Made by a program: the position numbers and the translations under genes. Shown here one piece after another: positions 28,630 through 38,974 of a stretch of DNA of 64,000 bases (the stretch's first letter is position 1; every line of letters starts with the position of its first letter). Under the pieces are notes generated by a model, which saw only the letters and a list, made by a program, of their open reading frames with translations, did no database searches and was not told the DNA's origin. Source of the DNA: Bacteroidota bacterium (lineage in GTDB: Bacteria; Bacteroidota; Bacteroidia; Palsa-948); the NCBI GenBank assembly GCA_003164895.1, contig PLUL01000055.1, positions 2,989 to 66,988 of the forward strand, given 5' to 3'.

Positions 28630-29602
28630 AATCAATCAATTCTTTCTTTTTCTCAGATGAAGCAGAAGCTCTTTCAAGCGAGGTAATTGCTTTTTTATGA
28701 TATGAATTAATTTCTTCTTCCGTAATTTTTTTGATGTTCGCAAAATCGTAGATGCGCGTCACAGAATTGATTTTTTCTTCCGCATCCTTACCTTCGGTTG
28801 GTTTTATACTCATCCATTGCAATAATTCCTCGTTCATATATTGATTGGCTGAAGTAATATCCATTGCTTTCAGCAGAAGAAAAGTTTTTTTGTTTGCAAG
28901 AATATCACCGCCTTTTTGTTTACCGAATTTTTCTGCATCGCCATACACATCCAGCAAATCATCTTGAAGCTGAAACGCGATGCCGGTATTTTTTCCGAAC
29001 TCATATAGATTGTTTGCATCTTCTTGATGGGCACCTCCAATGAGAACTCCGATTTTCAGACAAGCGGCAAGAAGAACGGCAGTTTTTAATTCAATCATCT
29101 GAAAATATTGCTGAATTGAAATTTTATGTAGGTTCTCGTAATTCACATCCCATTGCTGCCCTTCACAAACCTTAATCGCCATTTGGTTGAAGATCGACAA
29201 AACAGAATCGAGAATTTTCGGAGGTAATTTACTTCGGCAAATGAGCTGATATGCTTTCACCATCATCACGTCACCGCTCAAGATGGCAGTAGGTGTGTTC
29301 CATTTTGTATGAACTGTTGGTTTTTTTCTGCGAAGCGGAGCATTGTCCATGATGTCATCGTGCACCAAAGTGAAATTATGGAGGAGTTCTATTGCAAGAG
29401 CCGGAGAAATTGCGTCAGACATTTTTCCACCAAACAGATCGCAGCCCATCAGCACAAACAACGGTCGAATTCTTTTTCCACCCATTGAAAGCATGTAACG
29501 AATAGGTTCGTATAATTCAGATGGAGGTAGAGAAAGTTCGGCAGAAAGTTTTTCTATCTCTTCGTTAATGGTTTGCTGAAAGTTTTTTATCATATCAGAC
29601 AC
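28598..29602 (-). CDS. Geranylgeranyl/short-chain polyprenyl diphosphate synthase
   Basis: 'GGKRIRP', 'HNFTLVHDDIMD...RR', 'GIAFQLQDD', 'GKQKGGDI'. Confidence 0.93.
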   Translation of the reverse strand: MSDMIKNFQQTINEEIEKLSAELSLPPSELYEPIRYMLSMGGKRIRPLFVLMGCDLFGGKMSDAISPALAIELLHNFTLVHDDIMDNAPLRRKKPTVHTKWNTPTAILSGDVMMVKAYQLICRSKLPPKILDSVLSIFNQMAIKVCEGQQWDVNYENLHKISIQQYFQMIELKTAVLLAACLKIGVLIGGAHQEDANNLYEFGKNTGIAFQLQDDLLDVYGDAEKFGKQKGGDILANKKTFLLLKAMDITSANQYMNEELLQWMSIKPTEGKDAEEKINSVTRIYDFANIKKITEEEINSYHKKAITSLERASASSEKKKELIDFTSALLQREV

Positions 29603-29612
29603 TGCCAGAAAA

Positions 29613-30557
29613 TTAATCTTTCAGAATAAAACTTGTGTTGCTGAGAATTCTTTTCAAACCTTCTTCCAGCGGAATAAAATCTCTTTGAAGAAGTTGTTTC
29701 ATTTTAGTTGCATCCGGCTGTCTGCGCGTCATATCTCCCTCGGGAAGTGCCGGCAGAAAAATAATTTTTGATTTGGATCCGGTGAGCTTAATAATTGTTT
29801 TTGCAAGATCAAGAATGGTCATTTCAATATCGCTGCCGATGTTCACCACATCATTCACGAACATATTTTTACTAAATGAATTATTGGTGGCTTCAACATT
29901 GTCATCCACAAAACAAAAAGTACGCGTTTGCTTCCCGTCTCCATAAACTTCAATATCTGCATTTTTCAAAGCGCGATTGATAAATTTAGAAATCACAAAA
30001 TCCTTACTTTGTTTTGGTCCATAGGTATTGAAAAAACGAAACACAGTGTAGTCGAGACCGAATTCCTGCTTGTATGATTTCAAATAAGCTTCGCCGATAT
30101 TTTTGACGATGGCATAAGGAAGGCGTGAATTCAACGGAGTGGTTTCTTCGTGCTGCGGAAGTTCAACAGGTTCTCCGTAAACTTCGGAAGAGGAAGAATA
30201 AACAACTCTTCTTACTCCTGTGCTTTTAGAAAGATTGAGAATATTTTTAATTCCCGAAACATCGTTAAGCACTTTCACAGGATTTGCCAGTGTGCGTTTT
30301 ACGCCAACCATTGCTGCATAGTGAAAAACATAATCAGGTTGGAAAGAGAAAAAAATATTTGAAATATCTTCAAAAATATTTACATCCGCTTTGATAAAAC
30401 GAATATTGTCGTGTTTTGAATTTGGAATTTTATCAATTGATCCGGTAGAGAGATCATCCACAATTACAATGTTATTGTTAGCATCTTCTGCCAGTTTTTC
30501 AGCAAGCGAACTTGCAATAAATCCTGCGCCTCCGGTTATTAAAATTTTTCTTGTCAT
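29613..30557 (-). CDS. NAD-dependent nucleotide-sugar epimerase/dehydratase
   Basis: 'ITGGAGFI', 'SSSEVYG', 'YAIVK', 'RFFNTYGP', 'GDGKQTRTF'. Confidence 0.92.
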   Translation of the reverse strand: MTRKILITGGAGFIASSLAEKLAEDANNNIVIVDDLSTGSIDKIPNSKHDNIRFIKADVNIFEDISNIFFSFQPDYVFHYAAMVGVKRTLANPVKVLNDVSGIKNILNLSKSTGVRRVVYSSSSEVYGEPVELPQHEETTPLNSRLPYAIVKNIGEAYLKSYKQEFGLDYTVFRFFNTYGPKQSKDFVISKFINRALKNADIEVYGDGKQTRTFCFVDDNVEATNNSFSKNMFVNDVVNIGSDIEMTILDLAKTIIKLTGSKSKIIFLPALPEGDMTRRQPDATKMKQLLQRDFIPLEEGLKRILSNTSFILKD

Positions 30558-30559
30558 GT

Positions 30560-31417
30560 TTAATCCAGATTTAAAAGATATTTTCCATAACCGCTTTTCA
30601 GCAATGGTTCGGCAAGTTTTTTCAATTGTTCTTTATTGATGTAACCCATTCGGAAAGCAATTTCTTCTATGCAACCAATTTTCAAATCCTGCCGTTCTTC
30701 GATTACTTGTACAAACTGGCTTGCCTGCATCAGCGAAGAAAAAGTTCCAGTGTCGAGCCAAGCGGTTCCGCGATCAAGAATTCCAACTTTAAGTTTTCCT
30801 TGCTTGAGATATTCCTTGTTCACATCCGTAATTTCATATTCACCGCGCGCGCTTGGTTTTAGTTCTTTGGCAATTTTAATCACCGAGTTGTCATAAAAAT
30901 ATAAACCAGGCACTGCATAATGAGATTTCGGTTGTTGGGGTTTTTCTTCTATGGAAATTGCTTTACCAGTTTTATCAAACTCCACAACGCCATAGCGTTC
31001 AGGATCTGAAACGTGATAAGCAAAAACAACACCGCCATCAGGATTTTGATGTTGCTTGAGCAACCTTCCAAGCCCAGCACCGTAAAAAATATTATCGCCA
31101 AGAACCAGAGCGACAGAATCATTTCCAACAAATTTTTCTCCTATAACAAATGCCTGCGCAAGTCCGTTTGGAACTTTTTGTTCTGCGTAAGAAAATTTAC
31201 ATCCAAGATTTTTTCCATCGCCCAACAATTTTTGAAAACTTGGCAAATCGTGAGGTGTGGAGATGATCAACACTTCGTTTATGCCAGCCATCATCAAAAC
31301 CGAAAGCGGATAATAAATCATCGGCTTGTCGTAAATGGGCATAAGTTGCTTGCTGATTGCCAGTGTGAGCGGATGCAACCGTGTGCCGGAACCTCCTGCT
31401 AAAATTATTCCTTTCAT
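30560..31417 (-). CDS. rfbA: Glucose-1-phosphate thymidylyltransferase
   Basis: '[36 protein letters not shown]', '[11 protein letters not shown]', 'WLDTGT'. Confidence 0.97.
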   Translation of the reverse strand: MKGIILAGGSGTRLHPLTLAISKQLMPIYDKPMIYYPLSVLMMAGINEVLIISTPHDLPSFQKLLGDGKNLGCKFSYAEQKVPNGLAQAFVIGEKFVGNDSVALVLGDNIFYGAGLGRLLKQHQNPDGGVVFAYHVSDPERYGVVEFDKTGKAISIEEKPQQPKSHYAVPGLYFYDNSVIKIAKELKPSARGEYEITDVNKEYLKQGKLKVGILDRGTAWLDTGTFSSLMQASQFVQVIEERQDLKIGCIEEIAFRMGYINKEQLKKLAEPLLKSGYGKYLLNLD

Positions 31418-31429
31418 GTTAATTTGATA

Positions 31430-33835
31430 TTACTGATTATCGTTCTCTTCCTCATCTTCCTCCATTTCAATCAAAGGAGTTTCTAAAAGTTCTTTTGTTG
31501 TCAATCGTTTTTCAAGCGACAAAAGAAAACAAGGAAGAAGAATTAAATTTGAACAATATGCCATGAACAAAGTTATAGAAATTAGCAAACCGAGTGCGGC
31601 AGTTCCACCAAAACTGGAAGCGGTAAAAATTCCAAATCCACAGGAGAGAATGCAGGCAGTGTATATCATGCTCACGCCAGTTTCTTTTATCGTAAGAGAA
31701 ACACATTTTGAAATGCTGTTCGGAAAATGTTTAAACTCTTGCCTATATTTTGTGAGAAAGTAAAGTGTGCCATCGGATGAAATTCCAAACGCGATGCTGA
31801 AAATTAATATCGTACTTGGCTTCAGGTGAATGTCGAAAAATCCCATAAGTCCGGCAGTAATAATCAGCGGAACCAAACTCGGAATTACCGAAACAGAAAT
31901 CATTCTTGGCGACATGAACAGCGTATAAAGAACAAGCGCGATCAAAACAATTGCCAGCAAAACGCTTTCCAATAAATTTCCTACCAAAAATCCATTTCCT
32001 TCCATGAACATCAAACTGGTTCCGGTGGTTGCAATGTTGTAGCGCAAACTATCAGCTGCCCATTTATTTTCTTCGTAATCGTAATTGAAAACAGAGTCAA
32101 TCCGAGGACGTAATTCTTTTGTAAGCGATCTCATTTTAATTGAACCAATATCTGCCATTTGAACGCTTACGCGGGTGAAACGTTTTGTGCTGTCAAGAAA
32201 AGAACGAAAGCGTGATTGCTTTTCTTTTGCTTCAGAAGAATATTCGGAAATTTTCGCAAGGTCTAAATTTCCCGGAAGGATATAAAATTTCTTTTTCCCA
32301 TCGTTCATTGCCTGGTTCGAAAATTTTATCGCTTCCACTACAGAAAGCGGGCGAGTAAATTCATCGTATTTGGCAAGAAGTTTTTGCAGTTTATTTATTT
32401 TTCGGAGCGAACGTTCTTTCATCGCAAAGCCCTCTTTTTTCCCATCCACAACAATTTCAAAAGGAAGAACGCCTCCGAATTTTTCCTGAAAGAAAGTCAT
32501 GTCTTTATAAATAGGATGGTTTTTCGGCAAATCATCCACCACATACCCAAGCACAACTATTTTTGTTATTCCGTAAAATGAAACAATCATAATAATTGAA
32601 ACGATCGTGTAAACCAATTTCCGGTGATGATGAACCAGATAATCAACTTTCTCCAGAATTCTTGCAAGCGGTTTTCGTGAAAGGTGTTGCGTATGTTTAT
32701 CGGAAGGCGGTGCAAAAAAACTAAAGATGACAGGAATAAGCAGCATGGAAATCGCGTATGTCGCCATCACATTTATTGAAGCCACCAATCCGAATTGAAA
32801 AAGTATTTCAGTTTTTGTGAAACAAAAAACCGCAAATCCGATGGAAGTGGTAACATTTGCAAGAAAAAGTGAGATGCCGATTTTTTCCACCATTCGTGAA
32901 AGTGCAAGTCCCTGATTTTTATGACGCGAATATTCAATATGATATTTATTCAAAAGCAAAATGCAATTCGGAATTCCGATGATGATGAGAAGCGGAGGAA
33001 TCAATCCGATCAAACTCGAAATTTTATAACCGAAAAGATCCATGCAGCCGAACGACCAGGTTACTCCCACGCACACCACCAGAATAGAAAAAATTACCGG
33101 AAGCAGTGAACGAAAAACCAGCGACAAAATAATAGTGGTTACCAAAAGCGCGAGGCACATGAACAAAACCATTTCGTGCATGATGGTGCGCGCAATTTGT
33201 GTGCGTATATAAGGAAGACCGGAAAAGTGAATTTTATTTTTCAGTTCCGGATGCTGTGCAAGGAAAATATCCGAAGCGCTGCGGATATCATCCACAATTG
33301 CAAGCCGAGCTTTTGAATCCAGTTCTTTTTGCTTGAATGTAATCGCCATGATGTGCGTGTGCGATTTTTTTTCGAACACAAATCCTTCGTAGAACGGAAG
33401 ATTCTCTATCACGTTTCGGATGCTGTCAACTTCCGGTTGTGAAGTTGGTTTTTTCGTAATAACAGGATTGAATTCAAATTTTCGAAGCGAATCGTTTTTT
33501 GTGAGATTATAAATTCGTGCAACCGAAACGACTTCTGAAATGCCTTTAATGTTTTTTATTTTGTAAGTGAGATCGTACCAGTCGTTGAATTTTTGCAGGT
33601 GGTAAAAACTGCTGTCTTCGATGCCGATTACCATCACGGCTCCGTCTTTTCCAAAAAGTTTTATGAAATTATCGTACTGTATGCTCGTGCTGTCATCTTC
33701 AGGCAGCAGGCGCGGAAATTCATATTGAACTTCCACCTTACTTGCATGCCAGCCCATGAATGCGGTGATGCCAGCCAGCACAAGAATGATAGCGATGCGG
33801 TTTCTAAGAATATTGCGTGCAAGGAATTTCCACAT
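31430..33835 (-). CDS. MMPL/RND-family transporter
   Basis: Two repeats of TM + periplasmic domain + 5 TM. 'HFSGLPYIR', 'TTSIGF', 'IAFGISSDGT'. Confidence 0.88.
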   Translation of the reverse strand: MWKFLARNILRNRIAIILVLAGITAFMGWHASKVEVQYEFPRLLPEDDSTSIQYDNFIKLFGKDGAVMVIGIEDSSFYHLQKFNDWYDLTYKIKNIKGISEVVSVARIYNLTKNDSLRKFEFNPVITKKPTSQPEVDSIRNVIENLPFYEGFVFEKKSHTHIMAITFKQKELDSKARLAIVDDIRSASDIFLAQHPELKNKIHFSGLPYIRTQIARTIMHEMVLFMCLALLVTTIILSLVFRSLLPVIFSILVVCVGVTWSFGCMDLFGYKISSLIGLIPPLLIIIGIPNCILLLNKYHIEYSRHKNQGLALSRMVEKIGISLFLANVTTSIGFAVFCFTKTEILFQFGLVASINVMATYAISMLLIPVIFSFFAPPSDKHTQHLSRKPLARILEKVDYLVHHHRKLVYTIVSIIMIVSFYGITKIVVLGYVVDDLPKNHPIYKDMTFFQEKFGGVLPFEIVVDGKKEGFAMKERSLRKINKLQKLLAKYDEFTRPLSVVEAIKFSNQAMNDGKKKFYILPGNLDLAKISEYSSEAKEKQSRFRSFLDSTKRFTRVSVQMADIGSIKMRSLTKELRPRIDSVFNYDYEENKWAADSLRYNIATTGTSLMFMEGNGFLVGNLLESVLLAIVLIALVLYTLFMSPRMISVSVIPSLVPLIITAGLMGFFDIHLKPSTILIFSIAFGISSDGTLYFLTKYRQEFKHFPNSISKCVSLTIKETGVSMIYTACILSCGFGIFTASSFGGTAALGLLISITLFMAYCSNLILLPCFLLSLEKRLTTKELLETPLIEMEEDEEENDNQ

Positions 33836-33950
33836 GATTTTATCAAATCAAAAAAGAACACAAAAATACAAAAGAGATATTACAGCGAAACGAGAAAATA
33901 AATTTTGAATTTGATCTTGAAAAGACAGATTTTATTCTAAAAAGGGAAAT

Positions 33951-34832
33951 TCAATCTACGTGCTCATTGCGCTCCACGTATTCAATAATTTTTCCGGCAA
34001 TATCCACCTTAGTTGCGCCTTCAATTCCCTGCAAGCCGGGAGAAGAATTTACTTCCATCACCAATGGGCCCCGATTGGATTGAAGCATATCTACACCTGC
34101 AATTCCCAGTCCGAGTTTTTTTGCTGCACGAATGGCAGTTGCTTTTTCTTCTGTGGAAAGTTCAATCGAGGTAGCTGTTCCTCCGCGGTGAAGATTGGAA
34201 CGAAAATCTCCTTCCACACCTTGACGCTTCATGGCGCCAATAATTTGTCCATCCACAACAAACACGCGGATGTCAGCACTTTTTGCTTCTTTCACAAATT
34301 CCTGCACCAGCAAATTCACTTTCACACCAAGAAACGCTTCGATAACTGATTTGGCAGAGTTGTGCGTTTCTGCCAGTATCACTCCGATTCCCTGCGTGCC
34401 TTCCAAAAGTTTCACCACCACAGGTGCACCACCGACTTGTTCAATAAGATTGTCAACGTATTTTGTGGTGGATGCAAAAGCGGATTTTGGCATTCCGATT
34501 CCTGCACGGGCTAACAATTGCAAACTTCTGAGTTTGTCGCGCGAACGCACCAACGCCTGCGATTCCACCGCGGTAAAAATTTTCATCATCTCAAATTGTC
34601 GCACCACCGCGGCACCGTAAAAAGTTACCGAAGCGCCAATACGCGGAATCACCGCACTCACACCTTTCACTTCTTGCTCACGATAAATAATATGCGGGCG
34701 GTTTTTCTCTATCACCAGCACGCACTTCGTATGATCAAGCACAAGCATTTCATGTCCGTGCTTTTCGCCCGCTTCAACGAGTCGTTTTGTAGAATAACAT
34801 TTCGGATTACAAGAGAGAATGACAATTTTCAT
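33951..34832 (-). CDS. rimK: Ribosomal protein S6--L-glutamate ligase (ATP-grasp)
   Basis: 'YSTKRLVEA', 'IPRIGAS', '[11 protein letters not shown]', '[11 protein letters not shown]', 'FRSNLHRGG', 'EVNSSPGL'. Confidence 0.95.
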   Translation of the reverse strand: MKIVILSCNPKCYSTKRLVEAGEKHGHEMLVLDHTKCVLVIEKNRPHIIYREQEVKGVSAVIPRIGASVTFYGAAVVRQFEMMKIFTAVESQALVRSRDKLRSLQLLARAGIGMPKSAFASTTKYVDNLIEQVGGAPVVVKLLEGTQGIGVILAETHNSAKSVIEAFLGVKVNLLVQEFVKEAKSADIRVFVVDGQIIGAMKRQGVEGDFRSNLHRGGTATSIELSTEEKATAIRAAKKLGLGIAGVDMLQSNRGPLVMEVNSSPGLQGIEGATKVDIAGKIIEYVERNEHVD

Positions 34833-34840
34833 TTTATGGG

Positions 34841-34897
34841 GATTAGCCGATTAGAAAAAAGATTTCACCGATTTAATTCGTAACTCGTAATTCGTAC
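34841..34897. repeat. Composite intergenic repeat: 20-bp-period half element plus 7-nt array
   Basis: gattagccgatt (34841) and gatttcaccgattt (34861), followed by aattcgt aactcgt aattcgt ac (34875-34897). Confidence 0.75.
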
Positions 34898-34906
34898 TTG
34901 ATAATT

Positions 34907-35389
34907 TTAATTTGGTTCAACCAAAAACAATGGCTGATCGTATTCAACCGGAGTGGTATCTTCCACCAAAACTTTCACGATCTTGCCTGAAAATTCAGAT
35001 TCAATTTCGTTAAAAAGTTTCATCGCTTCGATGATGCAGATGGTTTGCCCTTTTTTAATTTCATCCCCCACGTTTACAAATGCAGGTTTATCAGGAGCCG
35101 AGGAACGATAAAAAGTTCCAATCATTGGAGATTTTATAGTGATGAATTTTGAATCGTCAGCAACCGGAGCAGATTCTTGTTTTTTAGCAGGAGATTTTTT
35201 CTCAACTGGCACAGAAACGGTCGGTGCCGCTACCTGCATAGGCGCGTGCATGATGATTTGCTGTTGCTCGCCTCCATTCTTTCCGGGAGTTTTTATCGTG
35301 AGTTTTAATCCTTTGATTTCATATGTAACTTCGCTGGCTCCCGACTTAACAACAAACTTAATGAGCTCTTGAATTTCGGTTAATTTCAT
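34907..35389 (-). CDS. accB: Acetyl-CoA carboxylase biotin carboxyl carrier protein
   Basis: 'KSPMIGTFYR', biotinylation motif 'IEAMKLFNEI', 'PVEYDQPLF'. Start MKLTEIQ at 35389. Confidence 0.96.
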   Translation of the reverse strand: MKLTEIQELIKFVVKSGASEVTYEIKGLKLTIKTPGKNGGEQQQIIMHAPMQVAAPTVSVPVEKKSPAKKQESAPVADDSKFITIKSPMIGTFYRSSAPDKPAFVNVGDEIKKGQTICIIEAMKLFNEIESEFSGKIVKVLVEDTTPVEYDQPLFLVEPN

Positions 35390-35445
35390 ATTATAAAATA
35401 TTGAATTGCACGGCAAAGATATTATTTACAACGAAACGAGAAAAT

Positions 35446-36015
35446 CTATATATGAAGGTTGCTTCGGAATAATTTTACAGCGATCGCCATCAGGATAACT
35501 CCAAAAACTTTTCGCAAAATATTTATTCCTCCTGTTCCAAGAAGTTTTTCCAGCCAGTGCATATTTTTCAAAACGAGATAAACGAAAACAAGATTAATGA
35601 GTATGGCAATAATAATATTTTCCACTTCTTTGAATTCAGCGCGGATGGAAAGTAACGTGGTGAGCGTTCCGGTTCCGGCGATAAGCGGAAAAGCAATCGG
35701 AACCACACTAGCAGTAGCAGAAGAATCGTCTTTGTAAAATCGGATTCCGAGTATCATTTCTAGCGCAAGAAAAAAAAGAATAAGTGAACCGGCAATGGCA
35801 AAATCACTTACCGTGATACCGATAAGATGAAGGATGCTTTCACCTACAAAAAGAAAAACGATCATGATCGCTCCCGAAACCAGTGTCGCTTTGCCGCTGT
35901 GAATCTTTCCAACTTTGTTTTTCACATCAATTAATATCGGAAGCGAACCGATAACATCTATCACGGCAAATAAGATCATCGTGATGGTAAGAATATCTTT
36001 AATGGAAAAATTCAT
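35446..36015 (-). CDS. marC: MarC-family integral membrane protein
   Basis: 'LFAVID..G..P', 'FAIAGS', 'VPIAFPLIAG.G', 'GG..ILRKVFG'. Confidence 0.9.
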   Translation of the reverse strand: MNFSIKDILTITMILFAVIDVIGSLPILIDVKNKVGKIHSGKATLVSGAIMIVFLFVGESILHLIGITVSDFAIAGSLILFFLALEMILGIRFYKDDSSATASVVPIAFPLIAGTGTLTTLLSIRAEFKEVENIIIAILINLVFVYLVLKNMHWLEKLLGTGGINILRKVFGVILMAIAVKLFRSNLHI

Positions 36016-36019
36016 AGGA

Positions 36020-36027
36020 CAAAAATA
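36020..36027 (-). promoter_or_regulatory. Bacteroidota -7 promoter box (TATTTTTG) for marC
   Basis: Exact TAnnTTTG match 4 nt upstream of ATG 36015. Confidence 0.65.
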
Positions 36028-36079
36028 GGAGAAAAAGAATTGGCATAGTGTTCACAAATAATTCTCATTTTTGCAGACT

Positions 36080-37633
36080 ATGACACAAGAAGAACTTTTC
36101 AAGAATATTATTTCACATTGCAAGGAATACGGTTTTGTATTTCCATCTTCCGAAATTTATGACGGACTTGGTGCTGTGTATGATTACGGTCCGTTTGGCG
36201 TGGAATTAAAAAATAATATCCGCGAGTATTGGTGGAAATCCATGGTGCAAATGAACGACAACATCGTTGGACTGGATGCTTCTATATTCATGCACCCAAC
36301 AGTTTGGAAAGCCAGCGGACACGTGGATGCGTTCAGCGATCCGCTTATTGATAATAAAGATTCAAAGAAACGTTATCGTGCCGATGTTTTGATAGAGGAA
36401 CATATTTCAAAAATTGAAGCGAAGATTGAAAAGGAAGTTGAGAAAGCAAAAAAGCGTTTTGAAAATTTTGATGAGACGATGTTTCGTTCTACGAATCCGA
36501 GAGTTGTAGAAAATCAGAAAAAAATTGATGAGATAAATGCTCGTTTCAAGAATGCGCTGGAGAAAAACGATCTGGTGGAAGTAAAACAAATAATTATTGA
36601 CTGCGAAATCGTTTGCCCTGTTTCCGGAACAAGAAACTGGACAGATGTGCGCCAGTTCAATCTGATGTTCTCCACACAAATGGGTTCTGTTTCGGAAGAT
36701 TCAAATATTATTTATCTGCGACCGGAAACGGCTCAGGGGATTTTTGTGAACTTTTTGAATGTTCAACGCTCCGCAAGAATGAAAATCCCTTTCGGCATTG
36801 CGCAGACGGGAAAAGCATTCCGAAATGAAATTGTTGCGCGACAATTTTTATTCCGCATGAAAGAATTTGAACAAATGGAAATGCAGTTCTTCGTTCGACC
36901 GGGAGAAGAAATGCAATGGTATAACACATGGAAAGAAAAAAGGATCAAATGGCATCACGCGATGGGATTCGGAACGGAAAAATATCGTTTTCACGATCAC
37001 ATAAAACTTGCGCACTATGCAAATGCCGCCTGTGATATTGAATTTATGTTTCCTTTTGGCTTTAAAGAAATTGAAGGCATTCACTCGCGCACCGATTTTG
37101 ATCTGTCATCGCACGAAAAACATTCAGGAAAAAAATTGCAATATTTCGATTCCGAACTCAACAAAAGTTATGTTCCTTATGTGATAGAAACTTCCATCGG
37201 ACTTGACAGAATGTTTCTTGCGGTACTGGCTTCGGCTTTTGAAATAGAAAAATTAGATTCTGCAAATGCTGAAGGAGAAGGCAATGAAAGAACTGTTTTA
37301 AGAATTCCTCCTGCGCTTGCCCCTGTAAAAGTGGCGGTGTTCCCTCTCATAAAAAAAGACGGACTGCCCGAAAAAGCGATGGAGATATTCAACAACCTGA
37401 AACAAATTTGCCGTTGTTATTACGAGGAAAAAGACACCATCGGCAAACGTTACCGCAGGCAGGATGCCATCGGAACTCCTTTCTGCATCACGGTGGATCA
37501 TGAATCGCTGAAAGATAATTGCGTTACGCTGCGCCACCGCGATTCGATGAAACAGGAAAGAATTCCGATAGATAAAATTGCAAGTATTGTAGAAGAGAAA
37601 GTGAGTTTGAGGAATTTGTTGAGCAAATCTTAA
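36080..37633 (+). CDS. glyQS: Glycine--tRNA ligase, homodimeric (alpha2) type
   Basis: 'EIYDGL...YDYGP.G', 'WKASGHV', 'LRPETAQGIF', 'GKAFRNE', 'IGKRYRRQDAIGTP'. Confidence 0.96.
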   Translation: MTQEELFKNIISHCKEYGFVFPSSEIYDGLGAVYDYGPFGVELKNNIREYWWKSMVQMNDNIVGLDASIFMHPTVWKASGHVDAFSDPLIDNKDSKKRYRADVLIEEHISKIEAKIEKEVEKAKKRFENFDETMFRSTNPRVVENQKKIDEINARFKNALEKNDLVEVKQIIIDCEIVCPVSGTRNWTDVRQFNLMFSTQMGSVSEDSNIIYLRPETAQGIFVNFLNVQRSARMKIPFGIAQTGKAFRNEIVARQFLFRMKEFEQMEMQFFVRPGEEMQWYNTWKEKRIKWHHAMGFGTEKYRFHDHIKLAHYANAACDIEFMFPFGFKEIEGIHSRTDFDLSSHEKHSGKKLQYFDSELNKSYVPYVIETSIGLDRMFLAVLASAFEIEKLDSANAEGEGNERTVLRIPPALAPVKVAVFPLIKKDGLPEKAMEIFNNLKQICRCYYEEKDTIGKRYRRQDAIGTPFCITVDHESLKDNCVTLRHRDSMKQERIPIDKIASIVEEKVSLRNLLSKS

Positions 37634-37650
37634 TAAGGAAAATTTATCTC

Positions 37651-38160
37651 ATGCCGATGAATCCAGTAGCCAAAAGAGTACTTATCATTCTTGTTCCAAT
37701 ATTTATTTTAATGGGCGGAGGGTTGCTTTATTTTGGAATTATGCTCGCTCCTGGTTATGATGTGGATGCAGAAGAATATGAATTTAATGTTTCTGACTCT
37801 GAATTAATTCATGCTGTTGAACTTTTTAAAACCGAAAATTCAAAATATTGTCTGCCTTTTGAAACAGGATTAAAAGATGGTCGTGGAGATAATCCAGATA
37901 ATAATTTGTATTATCATGTGTATTTTTATTATCCTGAAGAAAATCAAATTGTGTACGGCTGGATTCGTCAAACTCCATATGTTAAAGAAACAAAAACAAC
38001 ATTTGCCTTTGTTGGAATAAATAGTAGTCTTCAATTAGGAAATTGGAGAGATATCAATAGAGATTTCACCAGAGCTGCAAATAAAGAGCAAATAAAGAAA
38101 TTTGAAGAAAGAATTTTATCTAAAATAGAAAGCCGTTTAGGAAAACGTCATCTGGACTAA
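37651..38160 (+). CDS. Hypothetical membrane-anchored protein
   Basis: 169-aa ORF with an N-terminal TM helix and an aromatic-rich soluble domain; AT-rich. Confidence 0.7.
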   Translation: MPMNPVAKRVLIILVPIFILMGGGLLYFGIMLAPGYDVDAEEYEFNVSDSELIHAVELFKTENSKYCLPFETGLKDGRGDNPDNNLYYHVYFYYPEENQIVYGWIRQTPYVKETKTTFAFVGINSSLQLGNWRDINRDFTRAANKEQIKKFEERILSKIESRLGKRHLD

Positions 38161-38245
38161 AGCATATATTTTATCTTCACAATTTTTAACAACTGGCTTA
38201 AACTAACCATGTTTTATTTCGTTATTATTGCATCTGTTAAACGCA

Positions 38246-38974
38246 ATGTCAGATTCCTTAGTCATCATACCAACCTACAACGAAAAGGAGAACATCGAAA
38301 AGATGATCCGGAAAGTTTTTTCTCTTTCCGTTCCGTTTCATGTTCTCATTGTGGATGACGGCTCGCCCGATGGAACTCCTGAAATTGTAAAAAATCTTCA
38401 AAAGGAATTTCCTTCCACACTTTTCATAGAGGAAAGAAAAGGAAAACAAGGATTAGGAACCGCTTACATTCACGGATTTAATTGGGCACTGAAAAAATCC
38501 TGTGAATATATTTTTGAAATGGATGCCGACTTTTCGCACAATCCGCAGGATCTGATTCGTCTGCGCGAGGCTTGTGTGAAAGGTGCCGATGTTGCGGTGG
38601 GATCGCGTTATGTGAGCGGAGGAAAAATTCAGAATTGGCCCACCGATAGAATATTGATGTCGTATTTTGCTTCTGTTTATGTGAGAGCGGTTTTGTGGGT
38701 GAACATCCGAGATACCACTGCCGGTTTCAAATGTTACCGCAGAAGAGTTTTAGAAGCAATTGATTTTGAAGAAATAAAATTTGTGGGTTACGCATTCCAG
38801 ATCGAAATGAAATATACTGCTATGCGTTTAGGATTTAAAGTGGTGGAAGTGCCGATCACTTTTACCGATCGCGTGGAAGGAGTTTCAAAGATGAGTTCAA
38901 AAATTTTCAAAGAAGCTTTCTGGGGCGTTTTACAGATGCGTACAAAAAAAATTGAAAAACGAAAAACGATATGA
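38246..38974 (+). CDS. Polyprenol-phosphate mannose synthase-like GT2 (DPM1-like)
   Basis: 'IIPTYNE.ENI', 'VDDGSPDGT', 'GLGTAY', 'MDADFSH', 'GSRY', 'GYAFQIE'. Confidence 0.92.
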   Translation: MSDSLVIIPTYNEKENIEKMIRKVFSLSVPFHVLIVDDGSPDGTPEIVKNLQKEFPSTLFIEERKGKQGLGTAYIHGFNWALKKSCEYIFEMDADFSHNPQDLIRLREACVKGADVAVGSRYVSGGKIQNWPTDRILMSYFASVYVRAVLWVNIRDTTAGFKCYRRRVLEAIDFEEIKFVGYAFQIEMKYTAMRLGFKVVEVPITFTDRVEGVSKMSSKIFKEAFWGVLQMRTKKIEKRKTI

